The notes beneath the pieces were generated by a model. That model ran no database searches. It saw nothing but the letters and a program-made list of their open reading frames with translations, and had not been told where the DNA came from. Below are positions 16,724 to 26,022 of a DNA stretch of 36,890 bases, piece by piece. The position numbers were made by a program, and so were the translations under genes. The DNA comes from Rhodospirillales bacterium (GTDB lineage Bacteria > Pseudomonadota > Alphaproteobacteria > Azospirillales > Azospirillaceae): assembly GCA_003165295.1 (NCBI GenBank), contig PLTC01000142.1, forward strand, positions 1 through 36,890. Direction: 5' to 3'. Numbering within the stretch: the first letter of the stretch is position 1; the number at the start of each line of letters is the position of its first letter.

Positions 16724-18979
16724 TTAGAATTTGGCGCTGATGGTGCCAAAGAACGCCCGGGGCGCCCCGACCTGCAAAGTCTGGAAGGTGCCGGCGGGAT
16801 CGCTCATCGTGAAGCCGTTGGTGCCGATCGAGGAGTAGTACTGGGTGTTGAACAGGTTGGTGACGTTGAACTGAACCCGGATGTCATGCAGTCCGCCCAG
16901 GCTTTCGACGCCGTAACCGACCCCGACATCCCACAGCATGCGCCCCGATACCGAGTTGTCGTCGGTATAGGTGTAATACCGCTTGGACATGTAGTCGCCG
17001 GTCAGATTGGCGAAGAAGCCTTCGTGTTCGTAGCTCAGCTTGGTCTTGTACATGAACTCGGGCGAGTCGACCACGATCTTGTTGGCGGTATTATAGGTGA
17101 CGCCGCCGCTGGTGACGTTGTTGTCATAGCTCGAATGGTCGTAACCGGCGCCGTTGTACCAGGTGAAGCCGGGCAGGAAGTGCCATGAACCGGCGATTTC
17201 GACACCGTTGGAGGTCACGCTGCCGACGTTGGCCAGGGTGTTGGGGCAACCGACGATGCCGGCACATTCGGCGATGGCCAGCAACCGGTTTTCGAAGTTG
17301 ACGTGGTAGCCGACGAGGTTGGCCGTGACCGGGCCGCGCTTCAGGCGGTAGCCGACTTCTTCGGTATAGGAGGTTTCGGGCTTCAGGCTGCCCTTGGTGG
17401 CGTCGAACACTGCCTGGCTTTCCTGGAACGGCGAGGCGCCATAGCCGGGGCCACCGGCCTGGAAGCTGCGCATGTTCTCGGCGGCGTCGGCGAAGACTTC
17501 GTCGTTGGGGGTGATCTGCCAGTTGATGCCGGCCTGGGGCAGGAACGGTGACGAGGCGTCGATGCTGCCGCTGGCGTAACCGGTGCCCTGGACCAGCTTG
17601 CCGTCGATGTCGGTGCGGATGGCCTTGAAACCGGCACTGGCGGTCACGGTGTCGGTGATCTTGTAGGTGTCCTGGATGTAGCCCTGGAGCACATTGATGT
17701 CAAAGTTGAACGCCCACTGGGTATAGAACGAATTGTTCGGGAAGTCATAGAGGTCGTAAACCGGTGAATCCAGGGTGGTTGCATAGAAACGGCGGGCAAG
17801 GTCAAAATTCTCTTTTTCGTACCAGACGCCACCGGTAATGTTATTGGGACCGTTGTCGTAGCTCAGGGAGGACAGCAGACCGCCGCGGGCCAGCGTGTAT
17901 TCCGAGGTCCGCAACGAGATCGGCGACCCGTCGGGGGACGCCTGGTACGGCGTGAACCACAGGCCGCGACCGTCATCGTTATGACCGTAGAAGGTGGTCT
18001 TCCAGTTCAGGGCGTCGTTGAGCGCGGCGTTGAAGGTCGCACCGCCCAGCAGGTCCTTGCGCAGACCCGAACCGCCGTAATAGGCGGCATCGAGCGGGTA
18101 CGAGGTGGTGTTCTCGCCATGGGTGTAGATGCCCTGGGCCGCGGCAACCGATGTCGCCCAGTTGCCGTAATTGTCCCAGCCGTAGCCGAGCTTGTCCTTG
18201 TACTCCTTGGACAGGTCCTGGTAGTCGGCTTCGGCCCGGTCCGAGTAATTCAGGAACGCGGTCAGCGTATTGTCGCCAAAGGTTTGAACCAGCTTGGAAT
18301 TGAATTGCAGATCGTGCTGGCCGCCAACGCCCTTCCACTTGTCGCTTTCCTGGTTGGCGATGGACAACGCGAACTTGGTGTCGCTCGGCAGCAGGCCGCT
18401 GTCGACCCGGGCATAGGTCCGATAGTCGGCGTTGGAGCCGAACGACTGCGCCAGCGAGCTGGTGAAGGTGTCGGCCGGGTCGATCGAGATGAACTGCAAG
18501 GTGCCGCCGAGATTGCTGTTCGACGCGGTGCCGAGCGCACCGGTTCCCTGCGACAGGACCGCCTTGCTGATATTCTCGTTGATGATGGCGCGGCTGATGT
18601 GCAGACCGTTCCAGTTGCCGTAGGTCATGTCACCCAGCGGAACATCGTCGAGGGTGAATCCCAACTGGTTCTGATTGAAGCCGCGAACCGAGATGCGGGT
18701 CGCCCACTCGTAGGCCCCGTAGGTGTCGGCGGAGGTGTAGTTGACACCCGGCAACTCGGAAATTGCCTTGATCGGAGAGGTGCCGGGCGCGGCATCCTGC
18801 AAGGTCTGCTGATCGATCGACTGAATCTGCCGGGTCGAACCCTGGGCATAGACCGTGATGGTCTCGACCGCATCGGGGGCCGGGGCCGCCGGCGGAACGG
18901 TGTCGGCCTGCGCACCGGCAACGCCGAAGGCGATCATGCCGAAGGTCGAAAGGCCAACCGAAAGACTGAATTTACTCAT
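16724..18979 (-). CDS. TonB-dependent outer-membrane receptor
   Basis: Signal peptide. TonB-box-like ETITVYAQ. Plug and beta-barrel sequence. A C-terminal aromatic residue (…TISAKF) ends the protein. Start is taken at MSKFSL (18979), which has a GGGGG SD. Confidence 0.9.
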   Translation of the reverse strand: MSKFSLSVGLSTFGMIAFGVAGAQADTVPPAAPAPDAVETITVYAQGSTRQIQSIDQQTLQDAAPGTSPIKAISELPGVNYTSADTYGAYEWATRISVRGFNQNQLGFTLDDVPLGDMTYGNWNGLHISRAIINENISKAVLSQGTGALGTASNSNLGGTLQFISIDPADTFTSSLAQSFGSNADYRTYARVDSGLLPSDTKFALSIANQESDKWKGVGGQHDLQFNSKLVQTFGDNTLTAFLNYSDRAEADYQDLSKEYKDKLGYGWDNYGNWATSVAAAQGIYTHGENTTSYPLDAAYYGGSGLRKDLLGGATFNAALNDALNWKTTFYGHNDDGRGLWFTPYQASPDGSPISLRTSEYTLARGGLLSSLSYDNGPNNITGGVWYEKENFDLARRFYATTLDSPVYDLYDFPNNSFYTQWAFNFDINVLQGYIQDTYKITDTVTASAGFKAIRTDIDGKLVQGTGYASGSIDASSPFLPQAGINWQITPNDEVFADAAENMRSFQAGGPGYGASPFQESQAVFDATKGSLKPETSYTEEVGYRLKRGPVTANLVGYHVNFENRLLAIAECAGIVGCPNTLANVGSVTSNGVEIAGSWHFLPGFTWYNGAGYDHSSYDNNVTSGGVTYNTANKIVVDSPEFMYKTKLSYEHEGFFANLTGDYMSKRYYTYTDDNSVSGRMLWDVGVGYGVESLGGLHDIRVQFNVTNLFNTQYYSSIGTNGFTMSDPAGTFQTLQVGAPRAFFGTISAKF

Positions 18980-19420
18980 AGAACCCCCACAAATGTATCG
19001 CCATAAGACATGGCAAGCGGAGCCGATCTTCGAAAAACGCAACAAAACACCGTTGCGGACCCTGGAAACCCAGTTCCGGCGCAAATATCAAAGACACACA
19101 GGCGGACACTGACGTTTCTTTTTTCTTTACCGGCAACTCGCTGTTGGCCAGGAAATTTGATTTCCCGGTGGCTAAGTCGCGAGAGGCTGTAAAGGAACAG
19201 AATGACGGTTAGCCTTCGATACAATGAACTTTAAATGACCGTGGTTAGGCCGTGGTAAAATTACAACTATTTTCCCGAAGGCCCTGTTGCGGAACAGGTG
19301 CTCACCAGTGACTGGAGCTGTGGTTGCGGTATTGGGTAATGGTGAGATTTTAGGCGAAATATCGTAATGCGAATACTGTAGATCCAATCATCAAATATTG
19401 AGTCCTTGCGGGCTCCTGGG
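18980..19420. promoter_or_regulatory. long AT-rich (about 45% GC) upstream region of the receptor/phosphoesterase/ton operon, containing a 7-4-7 direct repeat CCGTGGT-tagg-CCGTGGT (19239-19256)
   Basis: A local GC drop of >20 points relative to flanking genes. The direct-repeat architecture resembles OmpR/PhoB-family response-regulator sites. Confidence 0.35.
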
Positions 19421-19666
19421 ACGCCCTCCTGATCGGGGGACGATGCCAGGGCCGAACCCGGGCGGGAGCGGAATCGGGTTCATCTTCTCGCGAGAGGACG
19501 GTGGCAGCCGACCAAACCCCGTCGTCGGCGAAGCCGGAGGGGCGATAACGGCATGATAACTGGCCATTTCGTTTCCGTCCGGCATCGCCGCGCCGGCGCC
19601 GGGCCGCCGCCCGTCACCGCGCCGTCGGCGAATGGACGGGGTGCAAGCCGGAAAAGAGATGAGGGG

Positions 19667-19695
19667 CCGGGGAGTTGGTGGGGTGCGGTCCCCGG
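19667..19695 (-). terminator. possible terminator after pat (stem CCGGGGA/TCCCCGG, 15-nt loop, followed by TCTCTTTT)
   Basis: Seen directly on the minus strand immediately after the stop at 19702. Confidence 0.3.
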
Positions 19696-19701
19696 CGCGT
19701 T

Positions 19702-22161
19702 CTAGGGCGCCATCAGGGGCAGCCGCACATCCATCACCTCTTCCTCGGTATTCATCCGTGGGATGAAGCCGAGGCGGCGGGTGAGGCGCAGCATGTCGCG
19801 GTTGTCGGGCAGGACCTGACCGGCAAGCTCCCCGGTGCCGCGGCTCCGGGCATAGCGGATCATCTTGCCGAGCAATTCCCGGCCGAGCCCGAGCCCTTTG
19901 AGATCGGAGCGGACCACCATCGAGAACTCGGCGACGGCATTGTCCGGGTCGGTGATGTCGACCACACCCAGCGTTTCGGGCTCGTCGTCGGGGCCGGGAC
20001 CGGGGGCCACGGCGACGAAGGCCATCTCCCGGTCGTAGTCGATCTGGGTCATGCGCGCCATCTGGGTGTGTTCCAGGCGACGCACGAAACCGAAGAAACG
20101 GAAGCGGATGTCTTCCGGGCTCAGGCGGGCGATGAGGGTGTGGTGGGCGGGCTCGTCCTCGGGGCGGATCGGCCGCAGCAGCACCGACCGGCCATCACGC
20201 AAGGTCACGGTTTCTTCCAGGTCCCGGGGATAGGGCCGGATGGCCAGACGGCGATGGGGTTCTCCGGTCATGACCGCGGCACGCAGGGTGACGCCCAGTA
20301 TCCGCAGGCCCCGGGCATCGGCTTCCACCGGATTGAGGTCGAGGTCGACGATTTCCGGCAGGTCGATGATCATTTGCGAGACCCGGACCAGGGCGCGGTT
20401 GATCGCCGCCAGTGCCGGAGCGGCGGAGTCGCCGCCGGCCGCCAGGGTCCGGTGGATGCGGGTCCGGGACATCAATTCCCGGGCCAGCGGCGGGTTGAGC
20501 GGGGGCAGCGCGACGGCGATGTCGCGGGCAACCTCGGCGGCGTCGCCGCCTTCGCCGAACAGGATCACCGGTCCGAACACGGCGTCGGTGGTCAGGCCCA
20601 GGATCAGCGGGCGGGGCGGCAGTCCGGCGGTCGGCGCGGCGGTGGCCAGGCCATAGGCGGAGAGGATGGCCACCGCCTCCACCTGATCGAGCGTGCCGCG
20701 GCCGTCGGCCAGCGCCCGGCCGATGATCGCCCGGGCGCGGTGAAGGTCGGGCGCAAAGTCGGTGGGGATCGAGGGCGGCATTTCGATCAGCATCGCCTGA
20801 TTGCGCCGGTGCTCCAGCACCTGGAGGAAGGCCCGGGCCGCCCGGGCGGGGGTATCGTAGGTGGGGATGCCGGCGCGGATGAACCGCTGGCGCGCGGCGG
20901 CGGCGGTTTCGTCGCCGACCCAACTGGTCACGACATTGCCGCCGACCTTGCCCACGGTCTCGATCACCGCCGCCGCCGTGGCCTCGGGCGAAACCACGCC
21001 GGAAGGCGCGTGGACCACCAGGATGCGGTCGAGGTCGCGGTCTTCGAGCAGGATGCGCAGGGCGGCGGCATAGCGGGGGCCGTCGGCATCGATCAGCAGA
21101 TTGATCGGGTTGGTGCGCGACCAGGCGAAGGGCAGGGCCTGATCGAGACGGGCGAGGGTCGGCTGGGACAGCACCGCCAACTCGCCCCGGGCGGCCAGCA
21201 GGTCATCGATGGCGATGGTGGCCAGGGTGGCGTTGTTGGTCAGGATGGTCAGCCGTTCGCTGCGCACCGGCCGGGCCGCGGCCAGCGTCTCCACCGCCCC
21301 GAACAACTCGTGCAGGAAGTCCACCCGCAGCACGCCGGCCCGCCGCAGCGCCGCGTCGGCCACATGGTCGGGGGTGGCCAGGGCCGCCGTCACCGAGGCC
21401 GGGGCGCCGGGAGCGGGCGTGATGCGCGGTCGCTTGATGCACAGCACCGGCTTCAGTCGCGCCGCCGCCCGCAGCGCCGACAGCAGGTTGCCGCGGTGCT
21501 GGAGGTCTTCGATGAACAGCAGGATCGCGCGGGTCCGGGGATCCCGGGCCAGGTAATCGATGGCGTCGTCATAGCCGATATCGGCGCAGTCCCCCAGCGA
21601 CAGGCAGGCGGAAAAGCCGATATTCTTCGGCCGTGCCCAGTCGAGCACAGTCCCGCACAGGCCGGCCGAGCGGCAGACGAAGCCCAGTTTGCCGGGCAGC
21701 GCGTCGATATGGGAGAAACTGGCGTTCAGGCGATGGCCGGGCACCACCAGCCCCAGGCAGTTGGGACCCAGCAGGCGCACCCCGGCCGCAGTGGCGGCAT
21801 GGCGGATGCTGTCGAACAGCGGCGGCCCCTGGTGTTCGTCACCGTGGCCATAGGCGCCGGTGATGGCGATGGCCGCGCGCACCCCGCGCCGCCCCAACTC
21901 CACGATCTGTCCGGCCACCGTGTCCGATGGGCTGCAAATCACCGCGAGGTCCGGGACCAGCGGCAGGCTGGCGATGTCGGGGTAACACAGCACCCCGGCG
22001 ACATGGGTCCGGTTGGGATTGACCGGCATGATCGGGCCGTCGAAGCCGCCGGCCAGCAGATTCCGCATCACCACCGCGCCCGCCCGTTCCGGTCTGGTCG
22101 AGGCGCCGATGACCGCGACCGATCCGGGCTGGAACAGGCGGTTCAGGTGACGAAGGCTCAT
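19702..22161 (-). CDS. pat: Pat-type protein lysine acetyltransferase: NDP-forming acyl-CoA synthetase domains fused to a C-terminal GNAT domain
   Basis: N-terminal CoA-binding fold (GSVAVIGAS...). Succinyl-CoA-synthetase-like ligase domains. C-terminal GNAT (FVAVAPG...RSDLKGLGLGRELLGKMIRYA). The ATGA stop/start overlap with the upstream SPFH gene is present. Confidence 0.8.
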   Translation of the reverse strand: MSLRHLNRLFQPGSVAVIGASTRPERAGAVVMRNLLAGGFDGPIMPVNPNRTHVAGVLCYPDIASLPLVPDLAVICSPSDTVAGQIVELGRRGVRAAIAITGAYGHGDEHQGPPLFDSIRHAATAAGVRLLGPNCLGLVVPGHRLNASFSHIDALPGKLGFVCRSAGLCGTVLDWARPKNIGFSACLSLGDCADIGYDDAIDYLARDPRTRAILLFIEDLQHRGNLLSALRAAARLKPVLCIKRPRITPAPGAPASVTAALATPDHVADAALRRAGVLRVDFLHELFGAVETLAAARPVRSERLTILTNNATLATIAIDDLLAARGELAVLSQPTLARLDQALPFAWSRTNPINLLIDADGPRYAAALRILLEDRDLDRILVVHAPSGVVSPEATAAAVIETVGKVGGNVVTSWVGDETAAAARQRFIRAGIPTYDTPARAARAFLQVLEHRRNQAMLIEMPPSIPTDFAPDLHRARAIIGRALADGRGTLDQVEAVAILSAYGLATAAPTAGLPPRPLILGLTTDAVFGPVILFGEGGDAAEVARDIAVALPPLNPPLARELMSRTRIHRTLAAGGDSAAPALAAINRALVRVSQMIIDLPEIVDLDLNPVEADARGLRILGVTLRAAVMTGEPHRRLAIRPYPRDLEETVTLRDGRSVLLRPIRPEDEPAHHTLIARLSPEDIRFRFFGFVRRLEHTQMARMTQIDYDREMAFVAVAPGPGPDDEPETLGVVDITDPDNAVAEFSMVVRSDLKGLGLGRELLGKMIRYARSRGTGELAGQVLPDNRDMLRLTRRLGFIPRMNTEEEVMDVRLPLMAP

Positions 22162-23984
22162 GGTGCCGCCGCGGCGGGCTTCGGGGGGGCGTCAAGGGCG
22201 CCCAGCCCCTTGAGCGCGTGGCCGAGAACCGCGGCCGGGCCTTCGAGGCCACTGGCCGAAGCGCCGACGAAGACCTCGGGCAGCCGCAGACCGGTCAGCA
22301 ATTCGGGCCTGCGCTCGACCACCTCCAGAATGCTTTTGATCGCGTTGAGTTGGAACACCCGGTCTTCGCCCAGCACCGCGGTCTGCGCCTTTTGACCCAG
22401 CGCCATCTCTTCCAGGAAATGGCGCTCGGCACGACCCTCGGCGGCGCGTTGCAATTCGCGCTGTTCGGCGACCCGGACCGCAATCTGAGCGGCCACCAGA
22501 TTCGGCTGCTGGTCGGCGGTGGCGCGGGCCTGTTCCCGCTCCTGGCGCTGGACCTGCGCCAGTCTTTCCTCTTGATAGGAGTGGGTGAGCTGACCGGCCA
22601 GTTGTTCGCGCTGGCGGGCGACCAGCAGTTCCGGCGGAATCGCCGGCTCGCCGAGCCGGATTTCCTTGATCTCGATCCCGGCCTTGCGGCCCTCGACGCG
22701 CACGCGGGCTTCGATTTCCCGTTCCAGGGCGTCGCGGTTCTCGATCAGGTCGAGGACTCTGGTGGGCCGGGTCGTCTTGCTGACGGTTCCGTCGGGCTGG
22801 GCTTCGTTGATGGTGAGCGACGAGCCGATGACGTTGCGCACCACCGAGCGGATGATCGGCGTGATCACCCGATCCTCGACCTCGCGCAGGCCGCCCACCG
22901 AGGCGACCACGAAGGGCGCCCATTCCGGCGGCGCCTGGGTCAGTACCCGCAGTTCCTGGGGCACGTCCCAGCCCTCGACCTTGACCCAGATGGCCCGGTC
23001 GGCAAAGACCTTGGGGTCGAACGGCTGGTCAATTTCACGCAGGCGCTGAGTGATGTTGCCCTGCTGGTCGATGGAAAGATCGATCATCCGCTTGGTGAAA
23101 CCGCCCCGGTACTCCCATGCGGCGAGGCGGGTGTCGACCAGGGTCACGTCATAGGCGTCGCGGTTGAGGAAATAGTCGCCCGGGGTCAGCGGGTCCTTCC
23201 ATACCCCGCGGCAGCCCACCGGCACCAGCTCCACCGCCAGCGCCCCCGGTTCGGGATTGACCTGAAGCGGCCGGCAGTCGTGGCCACGTTCGTTGACGGT
23301 GGAGCGCACGACTCCGACATGGCCCGCGGGAATCTGAGTGACCGCGGTATTGATGCCTTCGGAAACCTCGCTCAGGCCCTTGTCGTTGTAGGTCTGGTCG
23401 ACGCCCCGGCTTGAGCCGACATGGACCTCGAACAGGTAAAGGTTCAAGGCGTAGCGGCCCGGCTTGAGAACCGACATCTGCAAACCGCGCTGGCCACCGT
23501 GAGAGAGGAAATACTCGGCATTCAAATACTTCGCGGCTTCGCTCTCGGGTTCCGGCCACCGGTCGGCGATGATCGCGTCGGTGCCGAGTGGTGCGCCGTC
23601 GAGAGCCACGATGCGTCCGTAAAAGCCCGAGGGCACCGTGACCATGGGCAGAATTTCCACGTCGTAAAGGACCCGGATCAGCGGAATGAAATGGAAACCG
23701 GGGGTCAGCGTGTACGCCTGATAGCCGTTTTCGCCCCGGGTGGCGATGATGTGGCCATCGGCGAGATTGTGGCCAAGATAGATGCGCTTGAGATGGCCAA
23801 CGCCGTCGGCCGGAACAAACACGTAAGAGGTACCGGCGATCGCCCAAAGGGCGATGACGCCGAGACCGAGTCGAACCAGCAGCGCCGCCAGGCCGTTGAA
23901 ACGGGACATCAGGGATGGCGGCATCAGGGACGGCGCCAGTGCCGCGAGGACGATCGCCAGCGCGGCAAAAACGATCATCAGCAT
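22158..23984 (-). CDS. SPFH/band-7 (flotillin/YqiK-like) membrane scaffold protein with C-terminal coiled coil
   Basis: N-terminal TM segment. SPFH-like core. A long Glu/Arg/Gln-rich heptad region (ELLVARQREQLAGQLTHSYQEERLAQVQRQEREQARA...). Confidence 0.7.
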   Translation of the reverse strand: MLMIVFAALAIVLAALAPSLMPPSLMSRFNGLAALLVRLGLGVIALWAIAGTSYVFVPADGVGHLKRIYLGHNLADGHIIATRGENGYQAYTLTPGFHFIPLIRVLYDVEILPMVTVPSGFYGRIVALDGAPLGTDAIIADRWPEPESEAAKYLNAEYFLSHGGQRGLQMSVLKPGRYALNLYLFEVHVGSSRGVDQTYNDKGLSEVSEGINTAVTQIPAGHVGVVRSTVNERGHDCRPLQVNPEPGALAVELVPVGCRGVWKDPLTPGDYFLNRDAYDVTLVDTRLAAWEYRGGFTKRMIDLSIDQQGNITQRLREIDQPFDPKVFADRAIWVKVEGWDVPQELRVLTQAPPEWAPFVVASVGGLREVEDRVITPIIRSVVRNVIGSSLTINEAQPDGTVSKTTRPTRVLDLIENRDALEREIEARVRVEGRKAGIEIKEIRLGEPAIPPELLVARQREQLAGQLTHSYQEERLAQVQRQEREQARATADQQPNLVAAQIAVRVAEQRELQRAAEGRAERHFLEEMALGQKAQTAVLGEDRVFQLNAIKSILEVVERRPELLTGLRLPEVFVGASASGLEGPAAVLGHALKGLGALDAPPKPAAAAP

Positions 23985-24138
23985 GGAATCGTCTCCTGCT
24001 CTTCGATTCGGTTTCGGTGTCCCGATCTCCGTGCCGTGGCGGCCGGATCGGGATCACCATACACCGAACAGGTCCGGGTCGTCTCTCTGTGCTCCGCCGT
24101 TCCGGGTCCTCATCCGGTCAGACTGGCGGTTTGGACGT

Positions 24139-25851
24139 TCAACCCTGGCGAATGCGCCGCAGGAAGACCTCGGTCTCGCGGTTCAGGTCGTTGGCGGTCT
24201 TGGAGAGCGAGCCCGCTTCGGACGAGACCTGGGAGGCGGCGCTCAGGGCTTCGGACGCCGCTTCGGTGACGCCGGTAATGCTGCGCACCACCGCTGAGGT
24301 ACTGGCTCCGGCCTCTTCGACATTCCGGGCGATTTCCCGGGTCGAGGCCTGTTGCTGTTCGACCGCGGAGGCGATGGCGGTGCTGACCTGATTGATTTCG
24401 GCAATCGTCATGGCAATTTCAGTAATCGCGGCGGCGGCCTGGTCGGTTGACTTCTGGACCGAGGCGATCTGCTCGGTGATTTCGTTGGTGGCCTTGGCGG
24501 TCTGGTTGGCGAGACTCTTGACCTCGCCCGCGACCACGGCGAAGCCTTTGCCGGCGGCACCGGCCCGCGCGGCTTCGATGGTGGCGTTGAGTGCCAGCAG
24601 GTTGGTCCGGGAGGCAATGTCGGTGATCAGTTTCACGACCTTGCCGATCCGGCCGGCGGCCTCGGTCAGGCCCTGGACGATCTGGTTGGTGTTCATCGCC
24701 CGTTCTTCGGCGAGGCGGGAGGTGGTGCTGGCCTGGGTGACCTGGCGGTTGATCTCGCTGATGGAGGCCGCCAGTTGTTCGGCGGCGGCGGCGACCGTGG
24801 CGACGTTGGCGGCGGCATGGCGGGCGGCGACGGCGGCTTCCTTGGCCTGGTCCGAGGTCTGGTTGGCGACGGTCGCCATGGACTCGGAGGCGCCGGTCAT
24901 TTCGGTGGCCGAAGAGGCGACCTGTTCCACAAAGCTGCCGAGCTGGCTTTCGAAGTCGGCGGCGACACCCACCATCAGGTCGTGACGGTCGCGCTCGGCC
25001 TTCAGCTTCCGCTCTTCTTCCCGGTGTTCCAGTGCCTGGCGTTCTTCGATGAGGGCGGCAAAGGTGCCGAGGGAGTCCACGATATCGCCCAGTTCGTCGC
25101 GACGGCGCAGGGATCCGACATCGACCGAGCCCCGGTTCTGGGCCAGTTGCAGGGTGGCGGCGGCGATGCGGCGGATGGAACCGGCGGTGTTCCGCCCGAC
25201 CAGCCAGGCCAGGATGGCGACCGCGAACGCCACCGCCACCGTGGTCCAGATCGAGAGGCGCCCCAGGTGACTGGCATCATCGCTGCTGTCGCGGGCCAGC
25301 CGGCGCGAATCGGTGGTCGCCTTGGCCAGCAGGGCGTCACCGGTTTCGGCCAGGGTGGTAAAAATCTTTTCAAACGGTCCGATGAAGTAGGCGGCGGCGG
25401 CAAAATCAACGTCGAGCATCGACGAAACCACGTTGATCGCGTTGCTCAGATCGTCCACCTGCTTGAGCGCGGCATTGATCGACGCCCGGTCCGCCCGGTC
25501 GGCAAAATTATCCCGATAACGGATAAAGCCGGCCGCCAGTTGTTTCACGTCGTTCTGAATCTCCTGGATGCGGGTGGCGCGGACGGTGGCGTCCAGCGGC
25601 GTGGCGGCCTGTTCGGTCAGCAGGTGATTGAGGGTTGCATCGATCTTCTGCGTCTTCTCGGTCATGGCGGAAAGAACATTCGATCCCTCCATGTTGTGGT
25701 CGATAATGATGCCGATCCTGTCGGAGATTCTCTCCAGACCGTTCTGGGAAACGATACTCAAACCGACGATCAGGATCACCGCCACTGCCGGCGCGATGGA
25801 AAACTTGGCAATGAACGGAACGTCGGCAAGCGAGCAGCGGAGCTGGGTCAT
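24139..25851 (-). CDS. methyl-accepting chemotaxis protein
   Basis: Two TM helices flank a periplasmic sensor region. A HAMP domain is present. Highly conserved MCP signalling domain (…[37 protein letters not shown]…). Confidence 0.9.
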   Translation of the reverse strand: MTQLRCSLADVPFIAKFSIAPAVAVILIVGLSIVSQNGLERISDRIGIIIDHNMEGSNVLSAMTEKTQKIDATLNHLLTEQAATPLDATVRATRIQEIQNDVKQLAAGFIRYRDNFADRADRASINAALKQVDDLSNAINVVSSMLDVDFAAAAYFIGPFEKIFTTLAETGDALLAKATTDSRRLARDSSDDASHLGRLSIWTTVAVAFAVAILAWLVGRNTAGSIRRIAAATLQLAQNRGSVDVGSLRRRDELGDIVDSLGTFAALIEERQALEHREEERKLKAERDRHDLMVGVAADFESQLGSFVEQVASSATEMTGASESMATVANQTSDQAKEAAVAARHAAANVATVAAAAEQLAASISEINRQVTQASTTSRLAEERAMNTNQIVQGLTEAAGRIGKVVKLITDIASRTNLLALNATIEAARAGAAGKGFAVVAGEVKSLANQTAKATNEITEQIASVQKSTDQAAAAITEIAMTIAEINQVSTAIASAVEQQQASTREIARNVEEAGASTSAVVRSITGVTEAASEALSAASQVSSEAGSLSKTANDLNRETEVFLRRIRQG

Positions 25852-25963
25852 GGGCCTGTTCCCTGTGGCTGGGGCAGATCAAGAAGAGACGGACACGTTT
25901 CGGTGAAAGAGTCTGCCCACAAAACGAAAAGCGCCTTAGACACCTTGGTATTTGGGGTTGAAA

Positions 25964-26010
25964 GAGCCAAAAGCGCAACCGATCAGTTAGATATGTCGCG
26001 CCTTTGGCTC
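25964..26010 (-). terminator. long hairpin (12 bp paired out of a 13-bp stem, one A·C mismatch, 21-nt loop) directly after the second TonB-dependent receptor stop
   Basis: GAGCCAAAAGCGC...GCGCCTTTGGCTC is seen directly. A weak T-rich tail (TTTCAA) follows on the minus strand. Confidence 0.35.
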
Positions 26011-26022
26011 GGGGCAGGAGGC

